Source: an uncultured Lachnospiraceae bacterium (GTDB lineage: Bacteria; Bacillota; Clostridia; Lachnospirales; Lachnospiraceae). Taken from it: 61,640 nt of DNA. Location of the stretch: positions 1 through 61,640 of the forward strand of contig CAZTHP010000002.1 in assembly GCA_964613155.1 (NCBI GenBank), in the 5' to 3' direction. A program made the position numbers and the translations under genes. Positions within the stretch are counted from its first letter, which is position 1. Each line of letters opens with the position of its first letter. Below are positions 47,694 to 58,907 of the stretch, one piece after another. The notes under the pieces are model-generated. The model saw nothing but the letters and a program-made list of their open reading frames with translations, searched no databases and was not told where the DNA came from.

Positions 47694-49898
47694 TTAAATA
47701 CGAATTACTATCTTTCGATTCAGTTTACTATCGCTAAAATAATCCCACATTCCAGCAATAAAACCACCAAATGATAAACACATATCAATATTCGGTAGCA
47801 TTATTGATATTACCTTATTCACACCTCCAGAAAATAAATTTCCACATAGTTGTCGAATAGTTATTTTTTTAATTTTATTAGCTAGCGTTTTTCCAATCAC
47901 AGGAACTTTAGCAACTAAAATCGCAAAATTTAAGACAATTTTTTTACCATTCACTAACATTTCCTGTAGAATAATTGGTAACTGTTTTCGTATAATACCA
48001 ACAAGATAACTCCCACTTACTTTAGCAGCCATTTTAATCGGAGCAAATGCAACTCGTAAAATCGGAATAACCATAACTATACCGTCAAGAATTCCTGCTA
48101 TTATCGATCTATTTATAGTATAACTACGTTTATGTCCATCTAAATCCGACCCGTTTACAGGTGTGTTTTCACAATACGTAAACAAATTACATCCTAATGC
48201 TTCTTCCCCCAGATAATGTACATCATCTGCATTCAGAAACCTTCCTGTTTCCGCATCATAGTATCTGCTCTGCAAATAGTACCATTCTGTATCTTCATCA
48301 TAATAGTATCCACGATACCGGAATGGATTGATCTCGCCCAGACCATTACCGGAGGAATCTTCCAGGTCGATCAGATTTCCCCATGCATCATATCCATATG
48401 TAACAACCAGATCACCTGCTGCATTATAGATACCGATGATATCTCCCTGCAGGTTTTTCTGGTAGTAATAATCTGCATCGTTATACGTGAATCCGGCCAA
48501 TGTACCATCTCCACCATATGCATACCATATCGTGTAAACCGTATCATCCGAACCGCTTACCTGTTCCGCAAGGATATCGCTGCCATCCAGATAGTATTTC
48601 TTTGTGACCGTATTCCCATCTGCATCTGCGATTGTTTTTGTGGTACGGATACCGTCTGCATCATAGGTATAAGAGATCGTCTGTTCTGCATCCTGATACT
48701 GTTTCAGCTGTCTTCCACCTTCCCAGGTCAAGGTACTTCCTTTTCGATACGTCAGTGGATTGCCGCTGGCATCATAGGAGATGTCGGTTCCGTCATAGGA
48801 GGTTAACAGGTCTCTCCAAGCACTGTTCTCATAGCTCCAGCTGTGACTTTCTGACGCATCTCCTGAAACTTCCCCTTCCGTGTAAGCGTATGTCTGACTT
48901 CCTGTTATATTGCCATTCGTATCATAAGTATAAACGGTGGTTGTACCTGCTTCCCGGTTGTTTTCCCGGATCAGCTGGCTCATGCCATCATATACATAAG
49001 TTACCAGAACATCCGCTGTGTCATCAGAAGAGGATCGTTCACTGATCTGTGTGATATTTCCGTTGGGATCATAGGCATAGACCAGCTGGCTTCCGTTCTT
49101 ATATTGCATCACTCCCTGTTCTTCGCTTTCTGTGACAGACCATGCGATCGAGTCCCCTATCGTGGTGCTGGAATTACCGTTTTCCAGATCACTCTGCACA
49201 GTTAAAGTCTTTCCGGTAAACAATTCCGTAACAGCACTTTCCGCAGCATCATTTTCCGAAGACTGATAGTTGTAATGCACGGATCTTTCCACTTCATCCA
49301 GTTTCCATGTGGTATCCGTGGTATAAGAGGTCTCCCCGGTTGTGGAATTGCTGCTGTCTGTGGTACTGCTCTCCATGGAAAATCCGTTATCACCTGTGAT
49401 ACCGACCAGATTCTGTTTCCCGTCATAAGAATAAGTATAGGTTACTCCACTGTCCGAGTCAATATATCTTGTAACATTTCCATAGTCATTGTAGGTATAG
49501 CTGCTGCTGTCGGTTGTTTCTCCATCGACCTTTACATATACCAGCATATGTTCCGTTTTGGTCTCTGTTGTGGTATTACCATCCTCGTCTTCTCTTATAG
49601 TCATAATATCCATATCCTCATACTGGTAACGGATATGGCTTCCATTTGCATAGTTGATACGGGTCAGATAAGAATCGGATCTGTAACTGGCTCCGGTTTC
49701 TTCATCTTCTTCATAATCATAACCGTACACATACTGGATCAAACGAGTACCATTCACACTCAGTGTCAGGATATTATCCAGACTGTCATAGGTATAATCA
49801 TATGCCAGCCCATTATACGTCATACGGGTCTTCTGTCCGTTGGAATTATAGGTATAGGTGTTCAGGTAGTATTTTCCATCTGCTTTCGTCAGTTCCAT
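47694..49898 (-). CDS. N-terminally truncated RHS/YD-repeat protein with C-terminal toxin-like extension
   Basis: YxYD repeats; NPFRYRGYYYD..YYLQSRYYD..GRFLNAD; PVNGSDLDG cleavage motif followed by ~140 aa of AT-rich hydrophobic/basic C-terminus. Confidence 0.9.
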   Translation of the reverse strand: MELTKADGKYYLNTYTYNSNGQKTRMTYNGLAYDYTYDSLDNILTLSVNGTRLIQYVYGYDYEEDEETGASYRSDSYLTRINYANGSHIRYQYEDMDIMTIREDEDGNTTTETKTEHMLVYVKVDGETTDSSSYTYNDYGNVTRYIDSDSGVTYTYSYDGKQNLVGITGDNGFSMESSTTDSSNSTTGETSYTTDTTWKLDEVERSVHYNYQSSENDAAESAVTELFTGKTLTVQSDLENGNSSTTIGDSIAWSVTESEEQGVMQYKNGSQLVYAYDPNGNITQISERSSSDDTADVLVTYVYDGMSQLIRENNREAGTTTVYTYDTNGNITGSQTYAYTEGEVSGDASESHSWSYENSAWRDLLTSYDGTDISYDASGNPLTYRKGSTLTWEGGRQLKQYQDAEQTISYTYDADGIRTTKTIADADGNTVTKKYYLDGSDILAEQVSGSDDTVYTIWYAYGGDGTLAGFTYNDADYYYQKNLQGDIIGIYNAAGDLVVTYGYDAWGNLIDLEDSSGNGLGEINPFRYRGYYYDEDTEWYYLQSRYYDAETGRFLNADDVHYLGEEALGCNLFTYCENTPVNGSDLDGHKRSYTINRSIIAGILDGIVMVIPILRVAFAPIKMAAKVSGSYLVGIIRKQLPIILQEMLVNGKKIVLNFAILVAKVPVIGKTLANKIKKITIRQLCGNLFSGGVNKVISIMLPNIDMCLSFGGFIAGMWDYFSDSKLNRKIVIRI

Positions 49899-50439
49899 TT
49901 ATTCTTACTTTTGTTCATAAATGCTTTCTCCTAAATACGATACACTTTACATTAGTTCCTTGTATAAAAATCCATGCAGTAAAAATATTTGTATACATAA
50001 TCCCAGGAAAATATTTCCACATGAAATCTTTATTGACTACACAATTCGCAAATCGTACCTTAAGAAGTGAGAATTTTTACTAATATTTCCTATATTTTCA
50101 CACTAACATTTTTGTATGTTTTGTCAATATAATACTTTTCTATATGATATATTTTATCTATTACCGCCTACCTAATTTCCAATTTTTTTCAATTACATTA
50201 CATTCTAATGCATTTCTTTTGTTTTTATACAAGCAGGCAGATACTGCTTTGAATTAGAATGAAATTTGCAAATCCACTTGCGGCTTGTATTGTTTTTCGG
50301 ATTCAAGTATAATAAAATATCAGAATTAAGAGGTTAAAAACTACGTGAATTTGCTCACATGTGGTGGAAAAATTTTCTGGTACGATTTCTGTTTGCTTTG
50401 CAGGTCTGAGATTGAAACACATAAGAAAGGATGGTGTGC

Positions 50440-51624
50440 ATGGAGAAAAAGACGAATACCGTGATTATTACGTTGATTCTTGTATTGGGTATGTTTATCA
50501 GTACGTATGGGCAGTATCAATTGGCTGCGATTCCGGGCTCAATTTATCAAATTTATGGATTGAATGATGCGCAGTTTTCTGGCTTGATGACGGCATCTAT
50601 GATTCCCAGTATTTTTTTAGGGATTCTTTTGGGAGCTGGTGCGGATCGTTTTGGCTTGAAGCGCGTGATTTCTGTTAGTTTGGTCTTAGCGGCAGGAGGA
50701 TTTGTTCTGCGTTGTTTTGCATCGGATTATAAGATGATGTTTTTGGCGATGACATTAACGGGCTTTGCGTCGGCTGCTTTTAGTGCCAATCTTTCGAAAA
50801 TTGTGGTCTGTGTATATCCGCCGGAAAAAATGGGAAAGATGGTAGGGATTTTGATGAGCGGAATGACGGGCTCGATGTTAGTTGCATATGCAACAACTGC
50901 ATGGATTCCTTCCGTAAATATGGCATTTTGGATTGCGGCAGGCATTTGTATTGTGACACTGCTGCTTTGGGTTTGCCTGACGAAACCTTCTGATTTTCAA
51001 GTGCGGGCAGAAATGCAGGATGCGCCTTTAAAGGAAGCGGTTGGTGTCTGTCTTAGAAGTAAAAATACCTGGCTGCTGGGCTGGGCACTTCTGTTTTTAT
51101 TTGGTGCCGGAATGGTCGTATCGAATTTCCAGGTGGCAGCAATCACCGCGATAAAAGGCTATTCACAGGCATATGCAGGAACCTTTGGTTCACTTTTGAT
51201 GGTTGGAGCATTGATCGGTGCGGCGTGGATGCCGTCTTACATCATCGGCAAGCGAAACGCCCCGCGGTTAATACTTATTTATGGAATCATCGCCTCTCTT
51301 ATGATGTTGGTGATACCTTATGGCTGGGAAGTGGGAACTTTTTTAAATGGTCTGCTTCGAGGTGGTATGATCTCCGTTTTGTCGGCATTGCCTGTAACAT
51401 TTCCAGAAATTGGACCGCGCTATGCGGGGACATCAGGCGGTTTTGCCCTTACCATGCAGATGCTTGGTGGCGTGGTGATTCCTACTTATATAATTGTTCC
51501 ATTGGGACATGGTGATATGGCAATGTATTTTGTTTATGGTATGGTGAGCATGCTGATCTGTTCGATTTTTGCCTTTGTTGTAACGAAAAATACCGCGAAG
51601 GAAAATGCGTGGGGACAGGATTGA
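50440..51624 (+). CDS. MFS transporter
   Basis: About 12 hydrophobic segments; GAGADRFGLKR motif A. Confidence 0.88.
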   Translation: MEKKTNTVIITLILVLGMFISTYGQYQLAAIPGSIYQIYGLNDAQFSGLMTASMIPSIFLGILLGAGADRFGLKRVISVSLVLAAGGFVLRCFASDYKMMFLAMTLTGFASAAFSANLSKIVVCVYPPEKMGKMVGILMSGMTGSMLVAYATTAWIPSVNMAFWIAAGICIVTLLLWVCLTKPSDFQVRAEMQDAPLKEAVGVCLRSKNTWLLGWALLFLFGAGMVVSNFQVAAITAIKGYSQAYAGTFGSLLMVGALIGAAWMPSYIIGKRNAPRLILIYGIIASLMMLVIPYGWEVGTFLNGLLRGGMISVLSALPVTFPEIGPRYAGTSGGFALTMQMLGGVVIPTYIIVPLGHGDMAMYFVYGMVSMLICSIFAFVVTKNTAKENAWGQD

Positions 51625-51930
51625 AAATTCAGGGATTCGGATGAAGTAGGGAGGATTGAAAAACCGGGGATTTGGAAAAAGTAGGAAGGATTGAAAAACC
51701 GGGAATTTGTATGAAGTGTTAAGGTTTCAGAATCCAGAACTGTAAAAAACAGATGCTTTTTTTTCAGGCTCATGGTACAGTATAAGCGAACATCGAACAG
51801 GATTTTTGCTTGAGAAGTAAGAGAAGAAACTGCGACCAGCGGTTTTGCTTAAAAAGTAAAAATCGGACAATTGATATCAGACCTTTTGACTTTGGTATCA
51901 TACAATCGGATTTCAGGAAAGACAGGAAAT

Positions 51931-52521
51931 ATGAGCAAAATTTTTTATTTAATGGGAAAAAGTGCTTCAGGCAAAGACCGGGTTTATCGGGAATTGTTGA
52001 GGTGCTTTTCCTTTGAAAAGATCGTGTTATACACAACGCGGCCGATGCGGCAGGGAGAAACACACGGGATACAGTATTATTTTACGGATAAAGAGGAATA
52101 CAAACGTCTTTGTGAGGCTGGAAAAGTGATTGAGGCTCGTTCTTATCAGACCGTTCACGGAGAGTGGATTTATTATACGGTAGATGATGGCACGATTCAT
52201 CCGGAAGGAAATGAGCAGTATTTAATGATCGGGACGTTGGAGTCTTATGCGAAGATGAAAGAATATTTTGGTGAAAAGATGCTGGTGCCGATTTATCTGG
52301 AAGTTGAAGATGGGCTGCGTCTGGAGCGGGCATTAAAACGCGAACAGCAGGAGACAAATCCGCGTTATCAGGAAATGTGCCGCCGCTATCTGGCCGATGA
52401 AGAGGATTTTTCGGAAGAAAAATTACAGGCGGCAGGGATTAAACGGCGTTTTCGAAATGAACAGCTGGAGCTGTGCTTAAAAGAAATCGCAGAGTATATC
52501 AGAGGTCGAATGATCCCTTGA
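51931..52521 (+). CDS. Guanylate kinase-like protein
   Basis: GKSASGKD, YTTRPMRQGETHGIQYYF. Confidence 0.85.
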   Translation: MSKIFYLMGKSASGKDRVYRELLRCFSFEKIVLYTTRPMRQGETHGIQYYFTDKEEYKRLCEAGKVIEARSYQTVHGEWIYYTVDDGTIHPEGNEQYLMIGTLESYAKMKEYFGEKMLVPIYLEVEDGLRLERALKREQQETNPRYQEMCRRYLADEEDFSEEKLQAAGIKRRFRNEQLELCLKEIAEYIRGRMIP

Positions 52522-52607
52522 TTGTACAGCCAATCTGCGAAAAGGTGCGGTAGTATTTTTAAATTCACATTTAAACAAATAGAAAAGAGTAGAGGGGAGA
52601 TATTACA

Positions 52608-52991
52608 ATGAATCAGCAATTATGGGAAAAGACAGTAGAAAGACATGGTCATACTTGTATGGGAGTTGCATTGGGATTTCGTGTTGGGGAGGAAGCAATG
52701 CGGATTTTTGAAGAAGATGAACAGGTTATGTGTGTGACTTCTTTGAAAAATTGTGCAGTTGATGGCGTTTGCTCAGTTATGGGACTGTCTGTGGAAGATG
52801 GAACGATGCGTTTTGATGAATCAGTAGAGGGCTTTTTGTTTTATGCAGTCGATGATGAAGAAGGATGGATGTTCCGTTTGAAGAAAATCGAAGCAGCAGA
52901 AGAAGCGGATCCGGTTTTACTGATCCTGGCAGCTAATAAAGAGATGTTGTTCAGTATTGAGCCTTGTGATGCGCCGGTGGCAGAAGCCTAA
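52608..52991 (+). CDS. Short FmdE-like protein (no zinc finger)
   Basis: LWEKTVERHGHTCMGVALG..NCAVDG, paralogous to 8006-8533. Confidence 0.7.
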   Translation: MNQQLWEKTVERHGHTCMGVALGFRVGEEAMRIFEEDEQVMCVTSLKNCAVDGVCSVMGLSVEDGTMRFDESVEGFLFYAVDDEEGWMFRLKKIEAAEEADPVLLILAANKEMLFSIEPCDAPVAEA

Positions 52992-53140
52992 TCTATAATC
53001 TATTTTGGAGAAGTGGCCTAGATCGTGTCGATATGAAATTCACGATGGTATGGATACAAAATCGAAGATCGTGTCAGTACGAAAACTGAGGTGGTATTTA
53101 TACAAAATCTAAGGTTGCATCAATACGAGATTGGATAAGG

Positions 53141-54682
53141 ATGATACAAGAAATGAGTCGAGAGTTATATGAAATCTTAAAGGAGTATGCTGCGTCTGAT
53201 TTTTATCCGTGGCATATGCCTGGGCATAAGCGACATTTGGGAGAGATGGAGAATCCATTTTCTTTTGATATTACGGAAATAGAAGGGTTTGATGATCTGC
53301 ATCATCCAGATGGAATTCTAAAAGATGCAATGGCGTATGCTGCGCAGGTTTATGGAGCGAAAAAAAGTTATTTTCTGGTCAATGGTTCTTCCTGTGGGAT
53401 TTTGGCGGCTATTTCCGCAGCTGTTCAGCCGGGAAAGAAGCTGCTGCTTGCGAGAAATTGCCATAAATCGGCGTATTATGCTGCTTTTTTGCAGCAGGCG
53501 GAAGTGATGTATCTGTATCCGCAGCTGGAACCGGACGGATTTTATGGACAAGTACAGGCAGTCGATGTAGAGCGTGCTTTGGATGCAGACCCAGAGATTG
53601 CGGCAGTGATGTTGGTATCGCCCAGCTATGAGGGGATTACATCTGATATTGAAGCAATTGCAAAGGTTGTTCATACACATGGATGCACTTTGTTGGTAGA
53701 TGAAGCACATGGAGCGCATCTGCCATTTTGCAAAGAAACGACGGGGATTTCCTTTCCGGTTTCCGCATTGGAGCAGGGAGCCGATCTCGTGATCCAGAGT
53801 CTTCATAAAACCCTTCCTTCTTTGACGCAGACGGCTATTTTGCATGTGAGACAGGAAGCAGCGAAAGAAGAAAGTTATGTAAATCTTGAATTGCTGGAAT
53901 TTTATTTACGTGTGTATCAAAGTTCCAGTCCTTCATATCTTTTACTGGCAAGCATCGACCACTGTATTCATTTGATGGCAGGTGAAAAAGGGAAAGAGCT
54001 GGTCATGAACTATTGCAAAAATCTATCATTTGCCAGGGAAAAATTGCAGAAAAATCTGAAAGTGCTGCGCTTATACCAGGGGGAAACAGATTCTTCCTTA
54101 AATTCCTTTTATGATCCGTCCAAATTTGTAATCCTGACAGCGGGTTCGATGGACGGCACGCAATTAGCGGAGGTACTTCGCAAACGGTATCATTTAGAAT
54201 CGGAGATGCATACGGATCATTACGTTATTTTGATGTCATCACCAGCGGATACCAGCGAAGGTTTTGGACGATTAACGGCAGCGTTGCTGGAAATCGATGC
54301 AAACTTAGCAGTTGCTGAGAAGCTGGAACTGGATACAGACTTAGCAGCAGCTAAACAATTAGAAGGGAATATAGACTTAACAGTTGCTGGGAAGCAGCTG
54401 GAAATTCAGCAGCTGGTTGTGCAATTGCCGGCTAAAGCACCAGAGAAAAAAATGCGGATGCATCAGGCGATGACAGCTTTGAAACAGTCGGTTTTGTTGG
54501 AAAATGCCGCAGGTCAGATCTGTCATGATTTTGTTTATATTTATCCGCCGGGGATTCCGCTTTTGGTTCCGGGAGAAGTGATTCAGAAGGAACATCTGGA
54601 TATTATCGAGGCATATCAAGCGCATCATTTGGAGGTTCATGGTGTTTCCGAAGGAAAAATTGAGACAGTTGTACAGCAGTGA
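53141..54682 (+). CDS. Orn/Lys/Arg decarboxylase (YaaO-like, PLP-dependent)
   Basis: HMPGHK, NGSSCG, DEAHGAH, QSLHKTLP, YPPGIP. Confidence 0.9.
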   Translation: MIQEMSRELYEILKEYAASDFYPWHMPGHKRHLGEMENPFSFDITEIEGFDDLHHPDGILKDAMAYAAQVYGAKKSYFLVNGSSCGILAAISAAVQPGKKLLLARNCHKSAYYAAFLQQAEVMYLYPQLEPDGFYGQVQAVDVERALDADPEIAAVMLVSPSYEGITSDIEAIAKVVHTHGCTLLVDEAHGAHLPFCKETTGISFPVSALEQGADLVIQSLHKTLPSLTQTAILHVRQEAAKEESYVNLELLEFYLRVYQSSSPSYLLLASIDHCIHLMAGEKGKELVMNYCKNLSFAREKLQKNLKVLRLYQGETDSSLNSFYDPSKFVILTAGSMDGTQLAEVLRKRYHLESEMHTDHYVILMSSPADTSEGFGRLTAALLEIDANLAVAEKLELDTDLAAAKQLEGNIDLTVAGKQLEIQQLVVQLPAKAPEKKMRMHQAMTALKQSVLLENAAGQICHDFVYIYPPGIPLLVPGEVIQKEHLDIIEAYQAHHLEVHGVSEGKIETVVQQ

Positions 54683-54875
54683 GCAGATTTCATTGCAGTT
54701 TGCGTAGGCGGTGAAAACGTTTTGATTGCAGCTGCCTATACAGCAGTGAACGGATTCCATTTAGTTGCTATTTCACGGGAATTGTGTTATAACTGCTATA
54801 AATGTCGGATAACACCGCGCAAAAACAGGAAGTGGCGCAGGTTACAGCGGTCTGAGCGAAGAAGGAGGGGAGTGT

Positions 54876-55850
54876 ATGGCAGCTTTTTCAAATATTATTG
54901 GGCATGAACAGCTGGTTTCTTATTTTCTCCGTTCTTTGGAGCATGGTAATATTTCGCATGCCTATATTCTTTCGGGAGAAGATGGTATGGGGAAGATGAC
55001 GCTTACAAAAGCGTTTGCACAGGCGTTGCTTTGTGAAACACGTAATGCCTGCGGTCATTGTGATTCCTGTCTTCGGTTTGCGTCGGGTAATCATCCGGAT
55101 ATGATTTATGTAACTCATGAGAAGGAAAATAGTATTGGTGTAGAAGAAATTCGGCAGCAGGTGATTTCGGATACCGAAATTCGGCCTTATTATGGTGGTT
55201 ATAAGATTTACGTGATCGACGAGGCAGAAAAGCTGACCCCCTCAGCGCAGAATGCTTTGCTTAAAACAATCGAGGAACCGCCGGAGTACGTGATCATCAT
55301 ACTGCTTTCCAGTCACGAAGAAAGTTTTTTGCAAACGATTTTATCGCGTTGTATAACATTGCGGTTGAGACCGCTTTCTGATGCGGCTGTAGCGGATTAT
55401 TTAAAACAACATTATGCGCTTGAGCAGCATCAGGCCAGTATTTACGCTGCTTTTGCCCGTGGAAATCTGGGCAAAGCAATTATATTAGCAGATTCAGAGA
55501 GGTTTATGGAAATGCACGGAAAAACAATAGAAATTCTGAAAAATATATATGATAGACCATTATATCAGTCCTTGAATGACTTAAAAGACTTAAAAGATGA
55601 AATTCATGAAGTTTTGGATACGATGAAATTATGGTATCGTGATGTTATGGTTTTTAAAGCGACTCAGGACAGCAACCTGCTGATCTTCAAAGAGGAGCAG
55701 AAGGCAATTAAAAAAATGGCGGATCACAGCAGTTTTAATGGTTTGGATGAAATTCAAAATGCCATTGAAAAAGCGCAGGTACGTTTGAAAGCAAATGTCG
55801 GTTTTGAACTGGTTGCAGAGCTTTTGCTGCTGACGCTTCAAGAGAATTAG
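54876..55850 (+). CDS. holB: DNA polymerase III delta' subunit
   Basis: HAYILSGEDGMGK, CGHCDSC, NHPD, AQNALLKTIEEPP, TILSRC. Confidence 0.95.
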   Translation: MAAFSNIIGHEQLVSYFLRSLEHGNISHAYILSGEDGMGKMTLTKAFAQALLCETRNACGHCDSCLRFASGNHPDMIYVTHEKENSIGVEEIRQQVISDTEIRPYYGGYKIYVIDEAEKLTPSAQNALLKTIEEPPEYVIIILLSSHEESFLQTILSRCITLRLRPLSDAAVADYLKQHYALEQHQASIYAAFARGNLGKAIILADSERFMEMHGKTIEILKNIYDRPLYQSLNDLKDLKDEIHEVLDTMKLWYRDVMVFKATQDSNLLIFKEEQKAIKKMADHSSFNGLDEIQNAIEKAQVRLKANVGFELVAELLLLTLQEN

Positions 55851-55885
55851 AGGAATGGTTCATTTGGAACTCAAGGAGTAAAAAT

Positions 55886-56803
55886 ATGATAAAAGTAATT
55901 GGAGTTCGTTTTCGGACAGCGGGTAAGATCTATTATTTTGATCCGCTGAATCTGAATATTCAAAAAGGGGATAATGTGATCGTAGAGACCGCAAGGGGGG
56001 TCGAATACGGAAAGGTTGTACAGGGAATCCGGGAAGTAGAGGAAGACAGCATTATCCAGCCGTTAAAACCGGTTATTCGGATTGCGACACCGGAAGATGA
56101 TATTACAGAAGCTGCGAATAAGCAGAAGGAAAAAGATGCTTTCCGGATTTGTCTGGAAAAGATTGAAAAACATCAGCTGGAAATGAAGCTGGTTGATGCA
56201 GAATATACATTTGACAATAATAAAGTGCTGTTTTATTTTACAGCAGATGGACGAATTGATTTTAGAGAACTGGTAAAAGATCTGGCAAGTGTTTTTAAAA
56301 CACGAATTGAACTGCGTCAGATCGGTGTAAGAGATGAAACCAAGATTTTGGGCGGTATTGGCTGCTGTGGACGGATTTTATGCTGTCACACCCATCTGCC
56401 GGAATTTGTACCGGTCAGCATTAAGATGGCGAAAGAGCAGAATCTGTCGTTAAATCCTTCTAAGATCAGCGGCTGCTGCGGACGTTTGATGTGCTGTTTG
56501 AAGCATGAAGAAGAAACGTACGAATATCTGAACAGCCGCTTGCCGGAACTGGGCGATACCGTTACCACACCGGAGGGAATCAAGGGTGAAGTACACAGTG
56601 TCAACGTACTGCGTCAATTGGTCAAAGTTCTCGTGGTAGTGGATAAGGATGACAAAGAAATCCGCGAATATAAAGTAGATGAATTGAAATTTAAGCCGCG
56701 CCGCAAAAAAAATCGCAGCAATGGAGATCATCACGAGGCGGATAAAGAATTGAAAGCTTTAGAAGCGATGGAACGGAAAGAAAGGAATAACAAACTGTCA
56801 TGA
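55886..56803 (+). CDS. ricT: PSP1-domain protein RicT/YaaT
   Basis: YFTADGRIDFRELVKDL, CGRILCC, SGCCGRLMCCL. Confidence 0.93.
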   Translation: MIKVIGVRFRTAGKIYYFDPLNLNIQKGDNVIVETARGVEYGKVVQGIREVEEDSIIQPLKPVIRIATPEDDITEAANKQKEKDAFRICLEKIEKHQLEMKLVDAEYTFDNNKVLFYFTADGRIDFRELVKDLASVFKTRIELRQIGVRDETKILGGIGCCGRILCCHTHLPEFVPVSIKMAKEQNLSLNPSKISGCCGRLMCCLKHEEETYEYLNSRLPELGDTVTTPEGIKGEVHSVNVLRQLVKVLVVVDKDDKEIREYKVDELKFKPRRKKNRSNGDHHEADKELKALEAMERKERNNKLS

Positions 56804-57561
56804 TCGACAAGGAATATTTGACGGAAATTCCTGAAATTCATTCGTTTGAGCGAGTAGACGACCTGCAGCGGAAGCAATATCGGATCATTCAAAATCCAAA
56901 CTGGTTTTGTTTTGGAATGGATGCCGTTTTGCTGAGTGCATTTGCTGTGGTAAAACGAGGGGAATGCGCACTGGACATGGGAACTGGAACGGGCATTATC
57001 CCGATTTTGATGGAAGCAAGAACAGAAGGACGTCATTTTACTGGTTTGGAGATTCAGACACCTGTGGCAGAGATGGCCGGGCGCAGCGTAAAATTAAATC
57101 ATCTGGAGCAGAAAGTATCGATTATAAACGGAGATATTAAAGAGGCTTCTTCCATTTTTGGAAGGGCTTCTTTTGATGTCGTCACGTGCAATCCGCCGTA
57201 TATGGATGATCAGCACGGACTGCAAAATCCTTCTGAGCCAAAAGCAATCGCGCGCCATGAAGTACTTTGTACATTTGAAGATGTCGCAAGAGAAGCAGCA
57301 GCCTGTCTGCGGCAGGGAGGACGTTTTTATCTGGTACATCGACCCAGACGGCTGATGGATCTGCTCACGGCATTGCGCAAGTATAAATTGGAACCGAAAA
57401 GAATCCGATTTGTACATCCTTATGCAGAAAAGGAAGCTAACATGGTTTTGATCGAGGCTTTTAAAGGCGGCGGTGTACAAATGCATGTCGAAGCTCCCTT
57501 GATCGTGTATAAAGAGCAAAATGTCTATACGGATGAAGTTTATCGGATGTATTATGAGTAA
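56800..57561 (+). CDS. tRNA1(Val) adenine-37 N6-methyltransferase (YabB/TrmN6)
   Basis: FGMDAVLL, DMGTGTG, CNPPY, ARHE. Confidence 0.9.
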   Translation: MIDKEYLTEIPEIHSFERVDDLQRKQYRIIQNPNWFCFGMDAVLLSAFAVVKRGECALDMGTGTGIIPILMEARTEGRHFTGLEIQTPVAEMAGRSVKLNHLEQKVSIINGDIKEASSIFGRASFDVVTCNPPYMDDQHGLQNPSEPKAIARHEVLCTFEDVAREAAACLRQGGRFYLVHRPRRLMDLLTALRKYKLEPKRIRFVHPYAEKEANMVLIEAFKGGGVQMHVEAPLIVYKEQNVYTDEVYRMYYE

Positions 57562-57803
57562 TAAGGAATTTTGCCGGGAAAGATTGAGAAAAAACTCGCT
57601 CAGAAAGATAGAAGCAGATAAACACGGAGCATCTATAGAAAAAAGATTTCGTAAGAAGACTGATTTTGTAAAAATGAGAGTATCAGAATGTTGTTCCTAT
57701 AAGAAATGAGTTTAAAAAAATGAGTTAAAAAAATAAGTTTATAGGAAACCCGATTGAATAAGGATGGATAGAATACGGAAGACTGATTAGAAAGGATGGT
57801 ATT

Positions 57804-58640
57804 ATGCTGTATCTTTGTGCTACGCCTATAGGAAATTTGGAAGATATTACACTGCGTGTATTAAATACCTTAAAATCCGTCGATTTCATTGCGGCGGAAG
57901 ATACGCGTCACAGCATCAAGTTATTGAATCATTTTGAAATCAAAACGCCCATGACCAGTTATCATGAATATAATAAAGTAGAAAAAGCCAGACAGCTGGT
58001 GGAAATGATGCGGCAGGGCAAGGAAATTGCTTTGATAACGGATGCGGGGACACCGGGGATTTCTGATCCGGGAGAAGAATTGGTACGTCAATGTTACGAG
58101 GCTGGTATTCCCGTGACTGCCTTACCTGGACCGGCTGCTTGTGTAACGGCGCTGATCCAATCAGGACTTCCCACCAGAAGATTCTGTTTTGAAGCCTTTT
58201 TGCCCGCTGACAAAAAAGAACGGGCGCAGGTTTTGCAGGAATTAGTGGAAGAAACACGTACGATCATTATTTATGAAGCACCGCATCATTTGGTGAAGAC
58301 TTTAAAAGAGCTGCGCGAGGTTTTGGGTGGTACACGGCGGATCAATCTGTGCCGGGAACTGACGAAGCACTATGAAGAAAAATGGTTGACGACGATTGAT
58401 GAAGCCTTGGAAGGTCTGGAAAATGTCGGTCCGCGCGGAGAGTATGTTCTTGTGATCGAGGGGCGTAGTCTGGAATCTTTGAAACAGGAAAAAATAGAAA
58501 GTTTTGCACAGATGACCGTGCAGGAGCATATGGAACTGTATCTTTCACAGGGAGTTGACCGCAAGGAAGCGATGAAAAAAGTTGCAAAAGACCGCGGAGT
58601 TTCAAAACGAGATATTTATCAGGAATTGCTGTCGGACTAG
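57804..58640 (+). CDS. rsmI: 16S rRNA C1402 2'-O-methyltransferase
   Basis: ATPIGNLEDIT, AEDTR, DAGTPGISDPG, RELTK. Confidence 0.96.
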   Translation: MLYLCATPIGNLEDITLRVLNTLKSVDFIAAEDTRHSIKLLNHFEIKTPMTSYHEYNKVEKARQLVEMMRQGKEIALITDAGTPGISDPGEELVRQCYEAGIPVTALPGPAACVTALIQSGLPTRRFCFEAFLPADKKERAQVLQELVEETRTIIIYEAPHHLVKTLKELREVLGGTRRINLCRELTKHYEEKWLTTIDEALEGLENVGPRGEYVLVIEGRSLESLKQEKIESFAQMTVQEHMELYLSQGVDRKEAMKKVAKDRGVSKRDIYQELLSD

Positions 58641-58907
58641 AACCGTACTGCTTTGAAAAGAAAGGTGCTGTTTTGAAAAAATGAAGGTACTGTTCTGGAA
58701 CGAGAAGTGCTATTTTTGAAAACGAAAGTATCGTTTGAGAAGAAAAAGTAGGAAATTGTCGGATAAAAACGAGAAACAGAGATAACATTTGTTTGGTTGA
58801 CGGCAAATATCATCTCTGTTTCAAACTTTTCGCTGTTTTGAACATCATCAAAGAAATCGATGAAAATCGAAATCCTGCTCCTGATCTGGTAAAACCAGAG
58901 AAAGAGA

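Noticed and set aside
54682-54876. Absence of tmk between the yaaO-like gene and holB
   Set aside because: Gene order here varies among clostridia; one window cannot show gene loss.
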